Source: a virus (lineage: Duplodnaviria; Caudoviricetes). Taken from it: a stretch of DNA of 64,000 bases. A program made the position numbers and the translations under genes. How positions within the stretch are numbered: the first letter of the stretch is position 1; each line of letters begins with the position of its first letter. A model generated the notes under the pieces. That model worked only from the letters and a program-made list of their open reading frames with translations, was not told where the DNA came from and made no database searches. The DNA is taken from positions 927 to 64,926 of the IMG/VR virus record IMGVR_UViG_3300037258_000171, one strand, 5' to 3'. Of the stretch, positions 62,447 to 64,000 are shown piece after piece.

Positions 62447-63866
62447 GACGCACCGCCTGCGGGCTGCTCGGCTTTCGCCGGGCGCTTCGGTGCCGGCTTG
62501 GACCACCGGATCGCGGCGGCGAAGGCGTAGCCCTTGCGCGTCCCGTGAACGGCGACCACGACCCCGGCGACGATGGCGGCGAGGACAACGACGCCGGTCA
62601 CCAGCGCGGCGACTGCGAGAGTGCTCACTTGCCTGCCTCCTCATCGGTCACGACCGGCACCAGCTCGGTTGGCGTGTCCGCTACGGGCATGACCTGCGTC
62701 TCGTCCGGCGCCTGCTTACCGCCGCCCCACCGGCTCAGTGATTCCTGCGCGGCCTTCTGTGCCGCATCAGCGTCGGCTGCCTCAGCGGCCAGCCGGTCGC
62801 GGGTCGCATCCGGGATCGGGCCGGTCGCCGGGACGATCTCCCCGCTGGCCGTGACGGGCTGCGACACGGGCGGTACCGGGGTGACGTGGACCGGGGGCAC
62901 GGGCCGGAAGTCCGGCGCCCTGTACTCGGCGTACAGCCACGGCAGGACGTACGACGCCGGGTCGGCCTTGCGTGCGGCGTAGACCTTCAGCTCGTCCTCG
63001 GTCGGCTCCCGGAACGCTGCCGGGTCGGCGAGGTAGGCGAACTGCTCCTCGTGGTCGGGGATGATCGACCAGCCGATGGCGGGGACGTCGGTGTCAGTGA
63101 CGCCGGCCCAGCCGCCGAAGATGGCGTGGGAGATGGTCGCGGTGCTCATGCGGCACTTCCCGACTGATGCGGGCAGCCGGCCAGCATCCCCTTGTAGACC
63201 TCGGCGCTGTAACGCGCGTGGGTCATCAGCTCCAGGCGCAGACCGGGAGTCGCCTGCATGGCCTTGGCGACCCCGCGCCAGTCATCGAAGAACGACCTCC
63301 AGGCCTGGTCCTCGGTCGGCGAGTAGCGCGCCATCGTGACGCCTCGCGGGCAGCCGCAGGGCGACCAGAGAACCCAGTCGCACTCGTTCAGCCGGACCTG
63401 CTTGCCGTTGATCTCGGCAGTCCTCGGGGCGGTCATCGCGCACTCTCCTGCCGCTCAAGCTCGGCAATGCGCTGGCGGGCGTCGTCAAGCTCGCTGCGCA
63501 GGATGCCGACCTCGCGCTTAAGTTCGCGGACGTCGCTCTCGACGTACTGCACGTCCCGCTCCAGGTCGGAGTGGGAGTGGCGGTCATCCGCGACGCCCTG
63601 AATGTCGCTGGCGTAGTGGTAGTGGTCGCTCACCGGGTCACCGCCGATCCGGCCAGGACGGGCCCAGCAGCCTTCGCCGCGAGGGCTTCCCGCTGCAGCG
63701 CCGCAGCCCTGGCGAACTCGGCGGCGAGCGAGTCGAGCTCGGCCGGGTCGCGGGACGAGATGGTGAAGCCGGGGCCCATCGGGATCTCCGTGAACGGGTG
63801 GGCCGGGTCGGCCTGGTTCACCCGGGCCACGGGCCTGGTGACCGGCGTATTCGCATATAGCCACAT
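62443..63866 (-). CDS. five small coupled genes (62443-62628 TM, 62625-63149, 63146-63436, 63433-63633, 63630-63866)
   Basis: ATGA/GTGA couplings. Confidence 0.6.
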
Positions 63867-64000
63867 CAGGCGACCCTCATCCCGCTGGAGCGCAGCAGCG
63901 TCACCAGGACGTCAGAGCGGGCGCAGACGGTGCCGCCGTGCCCGCTCCTGCACTCCAGGTAGGGGAGGCGCACCAGGGCGTTCTCGCCCCCGTCGCGGGC
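63866..64000 (-). CDS. 3' end of a gene truncated by the window edge
   Basis: ARDGGENALVRLPYLECRSGHGGTVCARSDVLVTLLRSSGMRVA*, TGATG-coupled to the next gene. Confidence 0.5.
   Translation of the reverse strand, partial: ARDGGENALVRLPYLECRSGHGGTVCARSDVLVTLLRSSGMRVA

Noticed and set aside
63866-64000. SsgA-like or WhiB-like developmental gene at the window edge
   Set aside because: Only 44 residues are visible, the resemblance is too weak, and the WhiB motifs are missing.

Overview
The whole window is one GC-rich temperate actinobacteriophage with a siphovirus-like layout. The host is probably a filamentous, non-mycolic actinomycete, because there is no lysin B and the phage carries a BldD-like gene. 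The + strand from 1 to 31 kb holds the virion and lysis module: portal end, MuF-like protein, protease, scaffold, capsid, neck, two tail-tube paralogues, a tail chaperone with a -1 frameshift, tape measure, minor tail proteins, a beta-helix tailspike, several holin-like genes and an amidase endolysin. Antisense accessory genes interrupt this module (DUF6221-like, HNH, superinfection-immunity, and an O-antigen ligase/polymerase-like gene). A central Xis-repressor-tyrosine integrase cassette is followed by an intact attP whose core is the 3' half of tRNA-Thr(CGT), so this is the unintegrated form. The cassette is flanked by an ATP-dependent RNA ligase on one side and RtcB plus an ASCH protein on the other. 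The - strand right arm carries dozens of small genes, some joined by conserved junction repeats, then an initiator with iterons, DnaC, DnaB, a C5-methyltransferase, VRR-NUC, RecE/RecT-like genes and BldC- and BldD-like regulators. The best candidates for novelty are the BldD mimic lacking the c-di-GMP domain, the dual RNA-repair set, a second iteron/antisense-RNA replicon-like unit at 32.6-33.4 kb, a peptide motif shared by two tail genes, and cassette-like gene junction repeats. All family calls come from motif recognition by eye; no database searches were run.
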